Shown: piece after piece, positions 31,110 through 41,184 of the stretch
How positions within the stretch are numbered: position 1 is the first letter of the stretch
Layout: the number at the start of each line of letters is the position of its first letter
Assembly: GCA_965249555.1 (NCBI GenBank)
Contig: OZ252243.1
Span: forward strand, 2,016,001-2,080,000
Origin: Nitrosopumilus sp.
Lineage (GTDB): Archaea; Thermoproteota; Nitrososphaeria; Nitrososphaerales; Nitrosopumilaceae
Length of the DNA stretch: 64,000 nt
Direction of reading: 5' to 3'
The notes under the pieces: model-generated
Database searches by the model: none
Told to the model about the DNA's origin: nothing
The model's input: the letters and a program-made list of their open reading frames with translations, nothing else
Program-made: the position numbers and the translations under genes

Positions 31110-31934
31110 TTGAAGTTTCTGACAAGTGGTAAAGTAAAGGACATTTACGACGTTGATGATAATACTATTCTCTTCAAGTTCTCAGACAGAGTTTCTGCAT
31201 ATGATGTGAAATTCAAGCAAGGTATTCCACGAAAGGGAGAGGTTTTGTGTAAATTTGCAGAATTTTGGTTCAATGAGTTATCTGTATCAAATCATTTTGT
31301 TCGACGTGAATCTGATACTGAGATTGTTGTAAAAAAGATGCAGATGCTTCCCATAGAGTGTGTTGTTAGAGGCTATTTTTATGGAAGTTTGGTAAGTAGA
31401 TGGAAGGATGGCAAAGTCACCATACCTGAAGGAACTGACACTACATTGGCTGCCAAACTTCTTGAACCGATATTTGATCCTACTACTAAATCTGAACATG
31501 ATATTCCAATTGATAAAGCAAAAGCATTAGAGATGAATCTAGTTACTGACGAACAATATATTTGGCTAGAAAAAACTTCAATAGAAATTTACAAAAAGAT
31601 GGCAGAGATTGCAGATGGTGTTGGTTTTATCTTGGCTGATTTGAAATTAGAATTTGGAATTTTGAATGGGCAAATTATTTTGGGTGATTCAATTGGTCCT
31701 GACGAGTATCGCTTATGGCCAAAAGAATCCTTTGAGGTAGGAAAAATCCAAGACGCATATGACAAACAACTTTTGCGTGACTGGTTAACTGCTAATGGAT
31801 ATCAAAAACAATTTGATGATGCACGCAATGCAGGAAAAGAACCTGTTGCCCCCAAAATCCCACAAGAAATAATTACAAAAATGACTGAGCGTTATGTTAT
31901 TGCATATGAAAAACTTTCAGGAAAATCTTTGTAA
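31110..31934 (+). CDS. purC: SAICAR synthase
   Basis: SGKVKDIY, SDRVSAYD, IECVVRGY and LADLKLEFG motifs. Confidence 0.97.
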   Translation: MKFLTSGKVKDIYDVDDNTILFKFSDRVSAYDVKFKQGIPRKGEVLCKFAEFWFNELSVSNHFVRRESDTEIVVKKMQMLPIECVVRGYFYGSLVSRWKDGKVTIPEGTDTTLAAKLLEPIFDPTTKSEHDIPIDKAKALEMNLVTDEQYIWLEKTSIEIYKKMAEIADGVGFILADLKLEFGILNGQIILGDSIGPDEYRLWPKESFEVGKIQDAYDKQLLRDWLTANGYQKQFDDARNAGKEPVAPKIPQEIITKMTERYVIAYEKLSGKSL

Positions 31935-32280
31935 TTATAACTATGAATCTAATGTTGACTAGAAGCTAACATTCAACTCGAATTTTATTTTTGAATAACT
32001 AACAAAATATCATCTGGTTAGGTTATTTGGGGACATTGTTTCACAGCATATCTATTTTGATATTTTGGCAAATTTTTAAAACCACAACTAAAAATATTCT
32101 ACTAAAATCATATTTATTGTAATGGTATCAATATTATTAAAAGCATTACGATATTTCTTGTATTAATTACTCTTTTTTGATAACGGTATTAGTTTTATTG
32201 AAATGAAAAAAAATTGATGCGATTAGACAAAAAAATATGATACAAGGATCTTTTAGATCAGATAGAAATGTAGTCATAGT

Positions 32281-32784
32281 ATGTCTACATTATTAGAAAA
32301 ACAAATCAGCGTTAATCGGATTGTTACAACAAGCATAAAGCATGCACGTGCAATTGAAGACCCTGCACGAGCCAAAATTGTGGAAATTTTATACCGTCAA
32401 GCACTTTCTGCAGATCAGATTACAAGTGCCCTAAAAAAGGCTGGTTACAAAAAAGCATTAACTACGGTTCGTCATCATCTAGAAATTCTTAAAAATTCCG
32501 GATTAATTGAAATCGTAAAAATTGAAGAAGCAAGAGGTGCTATAAAAAAATATTATGGCACGTCAACTAAATTATTGGATTTTCAGACTCCTGAAGATTT
32601 TGATTCAAAATATTCCAAGATTATTAGCAATACTTCCACCAAAATCGAAAAGATTCTCAATGGTTTAACGCCTAAAACTACCAAATCAAAGAATAAAAAA
32701 TCCAAAGAATATTCTCAATATTTAGTCATGGAGATTATGAATAGAGCCATAACAAACATACTTGAAAAGCCTGGCAAAAAATAA
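32281..32784 (+). CDS. ArsR-family winged-helix regulator
   Basis: DP.R.KIV.IL and TVRHHLEIL..SGLI motifs. Confidence 0.88.
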   Translation: MSTLLEKQISVNRIVTTSIKHARAIEDPARAKIVEILYRQALSADQITSALKKAGYKKALTTVRHHLEILKNSGLIEIVKIEEARGAIKKYYGTSTKLLDFQTPEDFDSKYSKIISNTSTKIEKILNGLTPKTTKSKNKKSKEYSQYLVMEIMNRAITNILEKPGKK

Positions 32785-32796
32785 TGATGAAAAATA

Positions 32797-33201
32797 TTGG
32801 AAGAAAAATCTATAAAATTATTTTCTGAAAAAAATCTTGTTTTCATTGCAACAATTATGAAAGATGGGTCTCCACAAGTATCGCCTGTCTGGGCAAACTA
32901 TGAAGATGGATATGTTTTGATTAATACTGCTGAAGGAAGAATAAAACACAAAAATGTTCTACGTGATCCTCGTGTTGCAGTATCAGTCGTATCAAAAGAT
33001 AATCCACTTGACATGACAACCATTCGCGGAATAGTTGAAGAATTGATTCCAGATTATGAATACAAACATGCAGATAAACTCACACAACAATACATGGGTT
33101 GTAAACACTATCCCTTCAAACGTGATGATGAAAAAAGAGTTATCCTAAAAATAAAACCAAACAAAGTTTTTGTTTTACCTGAATTAAAGATGCAAGACTA
33201 G
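32797..33201 (+). CDS. PPOX-class F420-dependent oxidoreductase
   Basis: IAT...DGSPQVSPVW and K.KNV.RDPRVAVSV motifs. Confidence 0.9.
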   Translation: MEEKSIKLFSEKNLVFIATIMKDGSPQVSPVWANYEDGYVLINTAEGRIKHKNVLRDPRVAVSVVSKDNPLDMTTIRGIVEELIPDYEYKHADKLTQQYMGCKHYPFKRDDEKRVILKIKPNKVFVLPELKMQD

Positions 33202-33211
33202 TAATTTAGAA

Positions 33212-33237
33212 TGTTTCTAAACTCGAGTTTAGAAACA
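33212..33237. repeat. 26-bp perfect palindrome of a dispersed TTTCTAAAYTCGARTTTAGAAA family
   Basis: TGTTTCTAAACTCGAGTTTAGAAACA; related copies at 36741, 37378 and 37448. Confidence 0.85.
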
Positions 33238-33282
33238 AGTTTAATTATGAATAAAAAAATAGAAAAAAGTTAGTAAGACAGT

Positions 33283-33597
33283 TTAACGTTTACGTTTAGC
33301 TGCCTTTCTTTTTGGTGCTTTACGTTTAGCTGCCACTCTACGTTTTGGTGCTTTACGTTTAGCTGCCACTCTACGTTTTGGTGCTGCTCTCTTTCGAGTT
33401 GCTGCTCCACGTTTAGCTGCCACTCTACGTTTTGGTGCTGCTCTCTTTCGAGTTACTGCTCCACGTTTAGCTGCTGCCTTACGTCTACGAGAGGCTTTTG
33501 CTTTAGTAGCTGCTGCTGTTTTGGCTGCTGCGTTTCTCTTTCGAGTACGTGCTGCTTTTTTAGCTGCTGCTGCTCTTTTGGCTTTAGATATTGCCAT
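33283..33597 (-). CDS. histone H1-like Lys/Arg/Ala-rich repeat protein
   Basis: Repeated PKRRVAAKR units; no acidic residues after the inferred start. Confidence 0.75.
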   Translation of the reverse strand: MAISKAKRAAAAKKAARTRKRNAAAKTAAATKAKASRRRKAAAKRGAVTRKRAAPKRRVAAKRGAATRKRAAPKRRVAAKRKAPKRRVAAKRKAPKRKAAKRKR

Positions 33598-33697
33598 AAC
33601 TTTTTCCAAAAGTTATGCGTGTTATATGGTACAAGTCACACATAACTACGCTATCTATAGAAAAATTTGACAATTTTTTTAATTTAAAAAAATGCGA

Positions 33698-34189
33698 TCA
33701 ACAATTTGTTATGCAAACAACAGCTGTATCCGTAGTTGATTGTTCTTTTTGTGGCCTGATAATTATTTTGTATAATTTTTCTTCATCAAATGGAATATCA
33801 AACTGTGTTGTTATCTCAATTGGTTTGTTTGGTTCTAACCATTCTATGAACAAGTCTTTAGAAGAAAATGTTTCTTCACCATAAATTGCAATATGTTTTT
33901 GTTCTTTTTCATCAACAATGTAGAATTGTCCTCCTGTAAGCAGAGTTTTTTCATCACTGACATTTTTTGCAGTGATTCCAATCATTACAAACGTGTTTTC
34001 AGGTCTTTTTTCTTCACTACCATTATGTGTTCCTTCAAATGTTATTACATATTCCACTGGTCCAACTGTAACTGTCTCTCCAGCAACTGATGAAATGTAA
34101 TTTGTTTGATATTGTGCGTACATGAACATTCCAGCACCCATTGTAGCTATTATTGCACCTATTACAATTATAGCACCCATTTTTACCAT
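33698..34189 (-). CDS. DUF4352-like membrane-anchored protein
   Basis: N-terminal TM helix followed by an Ig-like domain (GETVTVG, F.IVD, FDIP). Confidence 0.75.
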   Translation of the reverse strand: MVKMGAIIVIGAIIATMGAGMFMYAQYQTNYISSVAGETVTVGPVEYVITFEGTHNGSEEKRPENTFVMIGITAKNVSDEKTLLTGGQFYIVDEKEQKHIAIYGEETFSSKDLFIEWLEPNKPIEITTQFDIPFDEEKLYKIIIRPQKEQSTTDTAVVCITNC

Positions 34190-34481
34190 GAAAACACTGA
34201 ATTATTTTGGTATATAGTTGAAACGCAATTTTTGGTAAAAAAGATCACTTTATGGAAAATACTGCGATCACCAGTGTATTGTGATTATTTTGTACATACA
34301 CAGCGTTATCTTCACAAATGCCCTAGTAATATCGATCGCCCTCAAGACTTTTCATCGTTCTCTGTCTTGAGGATTGATCTTTTCTTGCGATCAAAATGAT
34401 TAATGTAATAATCTCATGTTACACGATTATAATTTAAATATCCTATTTTTGGGATTTGCGTCAATAAATACAAAAACAATC

Positions 34482-35004
34482 ATGGGAATTTCCCTAGCTA
34501 CTGTCTTTGCCATTTCTATGACAATGACTGCTGCAATGGCAGATATCCCAGGTTCTATGACTGTTGTTTCAGCATCATCCGATGGTATAACACATGTTAT
34601 GGAAGTTGAAGACAAAATCAAACAAATTCCAGCAAACAAAGCAGATGATCTAATTACATTCTGGGCTTTTGCAGGTACCTGTACCGGATGATGCTCCTGT
34701 AGGAACTGCGCTTACTGTAGATGCGATTACTATCCATCACTCAGTAAATGATCATCAAGCATTTGGAAAAGCTGCACAATCTTCACCAGTACAAAGTCTC
34801 CATCCTCATCAAGCACATTTTGATGCAAGCTTTTGTATCGTTGGATTAGAAAGTCCAAAAGCAGATTTTAAAGTACAACACAAAACTGTTACTTTAGAAG
34901 CTTCTGATACTGCAATTGCAATAGCTACTGGAACTATCGGTACTCGTGTTGATTGTACTGACTCTCCAACAACTTTGGGAATTACTAGTCTAGTAACCAT
35001 ATAG
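34482..35004 (+). pseudogene. frameshifted secreted protein (ORFs 34416-34691 and 34669-35004)
   Basis: Signal peptide in the first frame; continuation in an overlapping frame near 34680. Confidence 0.55.
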
Positions 35005-35684
35005 GGGATTGTGGATCCCCGGACAGGGGTTCGATTCTCCAACAACTTTGGGAATTACTAGTCTAGTAACACCACCAACTGGATTACCAATTCCATAGGA
35101 AGATTTTCTTTCTTTTTCTTTATTTTTTGATCAAAATTTAGGGGGTTTAGCTTTTACGCACAACAATAAAAGATCATACATGTTTAGCTGGGAGATCATG
35201 GTGGTTTGATGATTGCATTTCATATCTAGGCACAAGTGTTCATCCCCCCCTCAAAATGGCTAATTTTGAAAAAATGGTATTGTACCTACATGAACTAAAT
35301 TTCAAGAGGGGTTTAACGTTTAGGTATGATTTTAGAAAACTTGTCATTTTAGGAAATTTTCTAACAATGGAGTAATCCAATTCATTATTTGTGAAAATAA
35401 ATTTGATGAGACTGAAATTCTTCAAAAAAACCATTCACAGACTTGAATGATTCATTCATAGACGTTTCATTAATCTGTAAAAATAAATTTCTAACATTTT
35501 ATTTTTAGATGAATTCTAATTTTACACTCTGCATGTGCATTTGGACACACAATCTATGTGGAATAGGGGGGGGGCTTTTTGGAAAAAATATCACTAATTC
35601 TGAATATTTACAAGATTTTCAAAATGAATATACGTCTTCATTCACCATGTGATGTCACATCACATGTAAATTCAGTCTAATGGA

Positions 35685-35906
35685 TTATGGTTCAAGCTGG
35701 TCTGGTGGATTATAGCCAAGCTGGTCAACAACTTGTTTTTCAGCTTCATCTGCTAGGTTTGAAATTACTTCATTTCCCCAATCCTGTAACATTACATTTT
35801 GTGCTCCTTGATACACCATAGCAAAGAGCAAATCCATAAACTCAATGATTATACTTGGATCTAAACTGAACAATAACTCCAAACCCATAAGTTTTTTGAC
35901 CCACAT
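35685..35906 (-). CDS. hypothetical protein
   Basis: 73-aa ORF. Confidence 0.45.
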   Translation of the reverse strand: MWVKKLMGLELLFSLDPSIIIEFMDLLFAMVYQGAQNVMLQDWGNEVISNLADEAEKQVVDQLGYNPPDQLEP

Positions 35907-36010
35907 TTTGTATTAACCGATTGTATGTATAATATTGAAATTACATACATTTGACAAGTTTTTAGATAAAAAATGAGGGTAAACCCTCTACGAAATGATA
36001 GATTTGGACT

Positions 36011-36163
36011 CTATTCTCTTTCTATTTTAATGGTAATTCTGCCTTTTTTGGCAGTATTTACCACTTTGAGAGCTTTATCCAACACTCCCATACCAAATCT
36101 TGACAGCTCTGCTGAAGAAATAGTTAATTCTCTTGGTTTTGATTTTAAGGTTTTTGTTTTCAT
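36011..36163 (-). CDS. small hypothetical protein (50 aa)
   Basis: Manual translation MKTKTLKSKPRELTISSAELSRFGMGVLDKALKVVNTAKKGRITIKIERE. Confidence 0.55.
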   Translation of the reverse strand: MKTKTLKSKPRELTISSAELSRFGMGVLDKALKVVNTAKKGRITIKIERE

Positions 36164-36225
36164 AATTTAGAATAGAAAGTTTTGGATATAAGACACACAC
36201 GTAGAACTGATAAATCATCTATTTT

Positions 36226-36675
36226 TTAGAATGTCTTCATCAAAAATCTTGCAGTTTTTTCATGCATTTCAGATACTCTGTCCATTGCATCAAAAACTGT
36301 CTGTTGGTTGATGTTTTCTTTATCATCTAATACAAAATAAACCCCAATCTTTTGTTTGCCATCTTCAGTGATAATTTTGTTAATGGCATGAATTGAATTG
36401 CAAAAGTCAGCTACTTTTTTTGCAAATTTTTCTTTTTCTTCTTCATTAAATCCTAAATATCTTGCAATTTGGTTATTTTTCATTATTGCTTTTGCTCCTA
36501 CTACTATGACCCCTGATTGTGCTTTTGGTTCAAATATTTCCACAGGAATTCCGTATTGACCTGCATGTTTTACTAGAATTTGAAAAGAGTTTTCCGGATT
36601 TTCCACTTCTTCAAAAGAAAGGCCTTCATGAATTAACCATCTTTCAATATTGTCTCGCATTCTTGATACACTCAT
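36226..36675 (-). CDS. DUF2299-like conserved archaeal protein
   Basis: I..WL..EGL N-terminal pattern; ATG start inferred. Confidence 0.7.
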   Translation of the reverse strand: MSVSRMRDNIERWLIHEGLSFEEVENPENSFQILVKHAGQYGIPVEIFEPKAQSGVIVVGAKAIMKNNQIARYLGFNEEEKEKFAKKVADFCNSIHAINKIITEDGKQKIGVYFVLDDKENINQQTVFDAMDRVSEMHEKTARFLMKTF

Positions 36676-36740
36676 AATAACACCTACAAAACAAGTTCTA
36701 TATGATTCTAAATTCAAATGACTACTAGTCTCAATTTATG

Positions 36741-36768
36741 ATATTTCTAAATTCGAATTTAGAAATAT
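36741..36768. repeat. 28-bp perfect palindrome (same family as 33212)
   Basis: ATATTTCTAAATTCGAATTTAGAAATAT. Confidence 0.85.
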
Positions 36769-36801
36769 TGAAAATCTATACCTGAAGAGCATCTTACAAT
36801 T

Positions 36802-37029
36802 CTAGATGTTTACATTAAGTCCTGAATCTAATCCAGGAATTGATGCTGCAATGAAAATATTGAAAATAATTCCAATCACCATAAATGCTAAACCTAGATA
36901 CAAACAATTTTTTGCTTTACGTGGATCATCATGACGTAAAATAAAAAATGCGATAATTCCTCCAATGACTCCAAATAATATTGGTAACAAAAACCATGCA
37001 TTACTTCTTCGTTTTTCTGGATATGACAT
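36802..37029 (-). CDS. small membrane protein
   Basis: Two TM segments; WFLLPI...GGIIA...DDP.KAK pattern. Confidence 0.75.
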   Translation of the reverse strand: MSYPEKRRSNAWFLLPILFGVIGGIIAFFILRHDDPRKAKNCLYLGLAFMVIGIIFNIFIAASIPGLDSGLNVNI

Positions 37030-37041
37030 AATTCTTCACAA

Positions 37042-37290
37042 TTATTTTGCAGTTACTGTTTTTTTATGTAACTGTGTGATCTCTATTTCTACTGTTTCTA
37101 ATGGATCTTCAACTTGATTACGTCTAATTGAGAACATTTTTGGTTTTTCAAAATCGTCAGTACAATCAGGGCATGCATAAACTAACACTCTATGTTCATT
37201 TGGTGCCTTTGGGTTAGATAATCTAGGATAGTATACTAGTCTTGCACCACAGTCAACACAATATCTGTTGGCTCTTCTAGTTCTGACCAA
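37042..37290 (-). CDS. zinc-ribbon protein
   Basis: CVDC...CPDC. Confidence 0.7.
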   Translation of the reverse strand: MVRTRRANRYCVDCGARLVYYPRLSNPKAPNEHRVLVYACPDCTDDFEKPKMFSIRRNQVEDPLETVEIEITQLHKKTVTAK

Positions 37291-37377
37291 TGTAAAACTC
37301 CTGCATTATTCTAGATATGCGATCATCTATTAGATCTATATTGTCTAATAGAGTAAACCAATTACTATCAACCGATC

Positions 37378-37475
37378 AATATTTCAAAATTCGAGTTTAG
37401 AAACATAAATTATTCTATATGTAGATTTATCACAGGTGTTCTAAAAGAATATTTCAAAATTCGAGTTTAGAAACA
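37378..37475. repeat. 28-bp direct repeat (37378-37405, 37448-37475), palindrome-family variant next to tRNA-Asn
   Basis: AATATTTCAAAATTCGAGTTTAGAAACA occurs twice. Confidence 0.85.
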
Positions 37476-37480
37476 AGAGG

Positions 37481-37554
37481 CGCCGCCCATCAGACTTGAA
37501 CTGACGACCATCCGATTAACAGTCGGACGCTCTACCACGCTGAGCTAGGGCGGC
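37481..37554 (-). tRNA. tRNA-Asn (GTT)
   Basis: GCCGCCC/GGGCGGC acceptor stem, anticodon loop CTGTTAA, TTCAAGT T-loop. Confidence 0.96.
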
Positions 37555-37626
37555 AACACGTTTGTACCTTGGTAAAAGTGATTTAATCTTTACGACTATT
37601 GAAATTAGACTTACTCTAATGTTAGA

Positions 37627-37914
37627 TTAGTTAAATTTAGAAAAAAATTCTTTGATTTCATTTGAATGGTTTTCTACTAATTTTATAATTTCTAAATGTT
37701 CATCAGCTGTTGGTTCTCTATGATGAACAATCTGAAATGCACCAAGTGCAGAACCTACCATCTCTCCGACAAAAAATCCACACAAAAAATCACCAATACT
37801 TGCACAGTCCCATATTTCCCCAACTCTGGGTGAAGCTCCTGATGTTTTGTATAATTCTAATGTTTGTTCAATTAAATCTGTTGTTTGTTTTGCAAATTCA
37901 GGATCAAGAGTCAT
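37627..37914 (-). CDS. hypothetical protein
   Basis: 95-aa ORF downstream of rpl6. Confidence 0.75.
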   Translation of the reverse strand: MTLDPEFAKQTTDLIEQTLELYKTSGASPRVGEIWDCASIGDFLCGFFVGEMVGSALGAFQIVHHREPTADEHLEIIKLVENHSNEIKEFFSKFN

Positions 37915-37930
37915 AAGAAAAATTAGAAAT

Positions 37931-38488
37931 CTATTTTTCTATACCTTTTTTTGTATCATAGATGTAAACACCATCTAAGAAAACTCTGTGGTCTTTGTTT
38001 TTTACTCTAGTTTTTAACTCAATGTTTGCAGCAGTTTGAGTAATATCTGTCCAAACTTCTCCAGTAAGAATTACATCTTCACCTTTAGGAATCACTTTGG
38101 TGTTTCCAACAATTTTTGTAATTCTTGGTGCACGTTCGCCTTGGAAGTTTTCAATTAAAATTTTCTTACCATCTACTTTTACTGTAATTGGAAAGTGTGC
38201 AAAGACAATTTTCATCTTAATTGTATATCCTTTTACTAATCCTTCACAAATATTTCTGATAAGTGATCTTGCAGTATGTAAAATTGAATAATCTCTTTTT
38301 CTAAAACCTGTTGCCTTTAGGAGAACTTTACCTTCTACAATTTCTATTTTTACTGGAATGCTACGAAAACTTTTGTAAGTTTTACCTAATGGTCCTACGA
38401 ATTCTAACATGTTTTTATTTTGTGTAATTTTAACTCCTTCTGGAATAATTACTTCCTCTTGAAATTTTTCAACTTGATTAGTAGACAT
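37931..38488 (-). CDS. rpl6: 50S ribosomal protein L6
   Basis: AHFPI and D.RVFLDGVY motifs. Confidence 0.97.
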   Translation of the reverse strand: MSTNQVEKFQEEVIIPEGVKITQNKNMLEFVGPLGKTYKSFRSIPVKIEIVEGKVLLKATGFRKRDYSILHTARSLIRNICEGLVKGYTIKMKIVFAHFPITVKVDGKKILIENFQGERAPRITKIVGNTKVIPKGEDVILTGEVWTDITQTAANIELKTRVKNKDHRVFLDGVYIYDTKKGIEK

Positions 38489-38870
38489 AACCTATCAAAA
38501 ATCCTCCAATTCCTTTTTGTATTGCTTCATGATGAGACATTACCCCTTGATTTGTAGTAACTAGAAGCATTCCTCTATTGTATGCAGGTAAGTACTGTTG
38601 TTCCCAACTGTTAAATTCATCATTTTTTACTTTGAATCTTGGGGAAATTGCTCCACATTTTGTTATTTTTGCTAATAGATTGATTTTGAATTTTCCTCCT
38701 CTTTTGTCATCAATATGTTCAAATTCTCCAACATACCCTTCTTTTTGGAGTGTCTTCAGAACTTCAATTCCTAGTTTTGAGGTTGGAAGAACTATGCATT
38801 TGATATTTCTTCGTGCTTCATTATTGTATATTGTTACAAATAGATTTGCTAAAATGTTCGTTGCTGGCAT
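38478..38870 (-). CDS. rps8: 30S ribosomal protein S8
   Basis: CGAISPRF, TTNQGVMSH and GG motifs. Confidence 0.97.
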   Translation of the reverse strand: MPATNILANLFVTIYNNEARRNIKCIVLPTSKLGIEVLKTLQKEGYVGEFEHIDDKRGGKFKINLLAKITKCGAISPRFKVKNDEFNSWEQQYLPAYNRGMLLVTTNQGVMSHHEAIQKGIGGFLIGYVY

Positions 38871-38874
38871 AATA

Positions 38875-39054
38875 TCACATATTTTTCCTAAATCCTAAAG
38901 ATACTGCCACTTCTCTGAAACATCGTCTGCATAGCATCAAGTCGTATTTCTGTATAACTGCTGTGTAATCTCCACATCTTTTACACCATCTTGAACCTCT
39001 ACCAAAGTCATGTTTTTTTCTTCCAGTAAATTCGTATGATCTATCTTTTGGCAT
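38875..39054 (-). CDS. rps14: 30S ribosomal protein S14
   Basis: Manual translation contains GRGSRWCKRCG...KYDLMLCRRCFRE; absent from the ORF track (59 aa). Confidence 0.95.
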   Translation of the reverse strand: MPKDRSYEFTGRKKHDFGRGSRWCKRCGDYTAVIQKYDLMLCRRCFREVAVSLGFRKNM

Positions 39055-39575
39055 TATTCTACCGTGACTCCATATTCTTTTACTAGATAATCCTTTGCTT
39101 CTTGACTTGTTATAACATGCGATTTTCCAACGCTTGCTTTGTGTTTGCTTCTTTTTCTTATACTGTAACCTGGTCTAGACAATGTAATTGAAATTCCAAG
39201 ACCTAAAATTCCAATTTGTGGTTCGTATTTTACTCCTGGAATGTCTATGTGCTCATTAATTCCAAATGAATAGTTTCCAAAGTTATCAAATGATTTACCC
39301 TTAATTACGTCTCCTTTAGCTTCTAACAATCTTTTTAGTAATGCTTTAGCATCTTCACCGCGAACTGTTACTGACACTCCTATTGGTTCTCCTTTTCTAA
39401 TTCCCCAATCTCTTTGTGTTTCTTTTGCAGCACGTTCAGATGGTTTTTTTCCTGAAATTTGATTAAGTGCTTTCTTTGCAATTTCAATCACATCTCCTGA
39501 CTTGCCTATTCCCATGTTTAGAACTATTTTCTCTAAAGAAATTTTTTTCATTGGGGTTTCTGTTGTTTGAGACAT
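39054..39575 (-). CDS. rpl5: 50S ribosomal protein L5
   Basis: KIVLNMGIG, SFD.FGN.SFGI.EHI motifs. Confidence 0.97.
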   Translation of the reverse strand: MSQTTETPMKKISLEKIVLNMGIGKSGDVIEIAKKALNQISGKKPSERAAKETQRDWGIRKGEPIGVSVTVRGEDAKALLKRLLEAKGDVIKGKSFDNFGNYSFGINEHIDIPGVKYEPQIGILGLGISITLSRPGYSIRKRSKHKASVGKSHVITSQEAKDYLVKEYGVTVE

Positions 39576-39579
39576 ATGA

Positions 39580-40296
39580 TCACTTTATTTGAATTATTGG
39601 TTCCTCTTTTCCTATTGCTATTACGATGTCAGTTGGGACCTCAATCTTTCTATCACCTAAAGCAAGAATTACTCTTTTTGGAAGAATGAATGTTCCTTTT
39701 TCTATAGATTCAATTTTACCTATTTGACCTGCATTAGTTCCACGTATTACCAAACATTGACAACCTGCTTCTAATTTTATTACTTCAAGAATTTTTTGAT
39801 CTGGTATTTGTATCAAACAAGTATCTCCAATATTCACTTTAATATCTGAAATCGTTGAACGTCCATCACCAAATCCTATTTGCAATTTTCCTTTGTTAAT
39901 TGTAGTTTTACTGGATACTCTAACAATTTTTTTTGATTTTTCTGACTCTTTAATCTTAATTGGCTTTAGTAATTTTTCTTCTGATGGAACTAGACGATAA
40001 ATATCTGGAACATTTTCTAATTCTATCACATCCATTAATCCAATTGCATGGTGAAGTGATTTTCTTACAACTCCGTCAATTTTTACTTTACCTGAATATA
40101 TTGCAGTTTTTGCCTCTCTAAGACTGGCAACAATTTTTAGCGTATCTCTTAGAAACACTGCAGTAGGTATGGAATAACTCTTTTTGTGTGGGCCTGGTCT
40201 CACTGTGATTACAAATCTCTTATTCTTTCTGGTAATTCCCCAGAACTGCGGAGCCATTTGACGTTTGAGTTTTTTACTTCCTGCAATACTTACCAT
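39580..40296 (-). CDS. rps4e: 30S ribosomal protein S4e
   Basis: LKR..AP.FW, PGPH and GLMDVI motifs. Confidence 0.96.
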   Translation of the reverse strand: MVSIAGSKKLKRQMAPQFWGITRKNKRFVITVRPGPHKKSYSIPTAVFLRDTLKIVASLREAKTAIYSGKVKIDGVVRKSLHHAIGLMDVIELENVPDIYRLVPSEEKLLKPIKIKESEKSKKIVRVSSKTTINKGKLQIGFGDGRSTISDIKVNIGDTCLIQIPDQKILEVIKLEAGCQCLVIRGTNAGQIGKIESIEKGTFILPKRVILALGDRKIEVPTDIVIAIGKEEPIIQIK

Positions 40297-40757
40297 TAAC
40301 TATCATCTTCCTTTTTTTTGGTTTTTTCTACCTCTTTTGTTTCTTTAGGAACCTCTTTTGTTTCTTTAGGAACCTCTTTTGTAGGTGTTTTTTTGGGCTG
40401 TTTTTTAGGATCTTTACCTTCAAGCTTTGCAATTCTCCATCTATTTTCAGTATTGAGTGAAGTTACTACAAGATTTGAGGTGTGGATGTAAACATCAAAT
40501 TTATCCCCTTTTGTTTTTTCTTTCTTTATTCCTTCAATGGTTACACTATTTTTTTGTGGAGATATTTTTCCAATTTTACCATCTACTCCTTTAAATTCAC
40601 CTCTTACAATTTTCACACTGTCTCCTTCATTAACACGAACACTTCGTTTTCCATATTTTTTGTGGAGATCTTTTGATAATGCACTTCCAAGTTGTTTACT
40701 TCTTGTTTGGAATGTTGCTTGATAAATCATCTTATTGCGCATTTTAGTTGGTTTCAT
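40296..40757 (-). CDS. rpl24: 50S ribosomal protein L24 with KEVPKET-repeat tail
   Basis: [12 protein letters not shown] and IH.SNL motifs. Confidence 0.96.
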   Translation of the reverse strand: MKPTKMRNKMIYQATFQTRSKQLGSALSKDLHKKYGKRSVRVNEGDSVKIVRGEFKGVDGKIGKISPQKNSVTIEGIKKEKTKGDKFDVYIHTSNLVVTSLNTENRWRIAKLEGKDPKKQPKKTPTKEVPKETKEVPKETKEVEKTKKKEDDS

Positions 40758-40761
40758 TTTT

Positions 40762-41184
40762 TTATACCACCATTGATGCCAAGTTAGCTACTCTTGGCCA
40801 TTTTTCTGAAGCTTCAGCTGCAACTGGTCCTTTGATGTCTGTTCCTCGTGTTTCTCCTTCTGGAGTAATTAGAACTGCTGCATTATCTTCAAAACAAACT
40901 CTAACACCGTTTAATCTTCTAACTGCATATTTTTGTCTAACAATTACTGCACCATGTACTTGTTTTCTTAATTCTGCAGGTCCTTTCTTTACTACTACAT
41001 TACAAAAATCACCTACTGCTGCTGCAGGAAGTCTTGATGCTCTTGTTTTGTGTCTTGGTACATTGATTATTTCTAAAATTTTAGCGCCAGAATTATCAGC
41101 ACACACAATTTGTGCGCCAACTGGAATTACTCTTGTAACATATGGGCGAAATTCTTCTACTCCTTTACCTGCTTGTTTTGCCAT
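40762..41184 (-). CDS. rpl14: 50S ribosomal protein L14
   Basis: CADNSGAK and FEDNAAV motifs. Confidence 0.98.
   Translation of the reverse strand: MAKQAGKGVEEFRPYVTRVIPVGAQIVCADNSGAKILEIINVPRHKTRASRLPAAAVGDFCNVVVKKGPAELRKQVHGAVIVRQKYAVRRLNGVRVCFEDNAAVLITPEGETRGTDIKGPVAAEASEKWPRVANLASMVV

Noticed and set aside
35004-35040. tRNA or tmRNA gene
   Set aside because: Only a T-loop-like GGTTCGATT is present, with no acceptor or anticodon arms.
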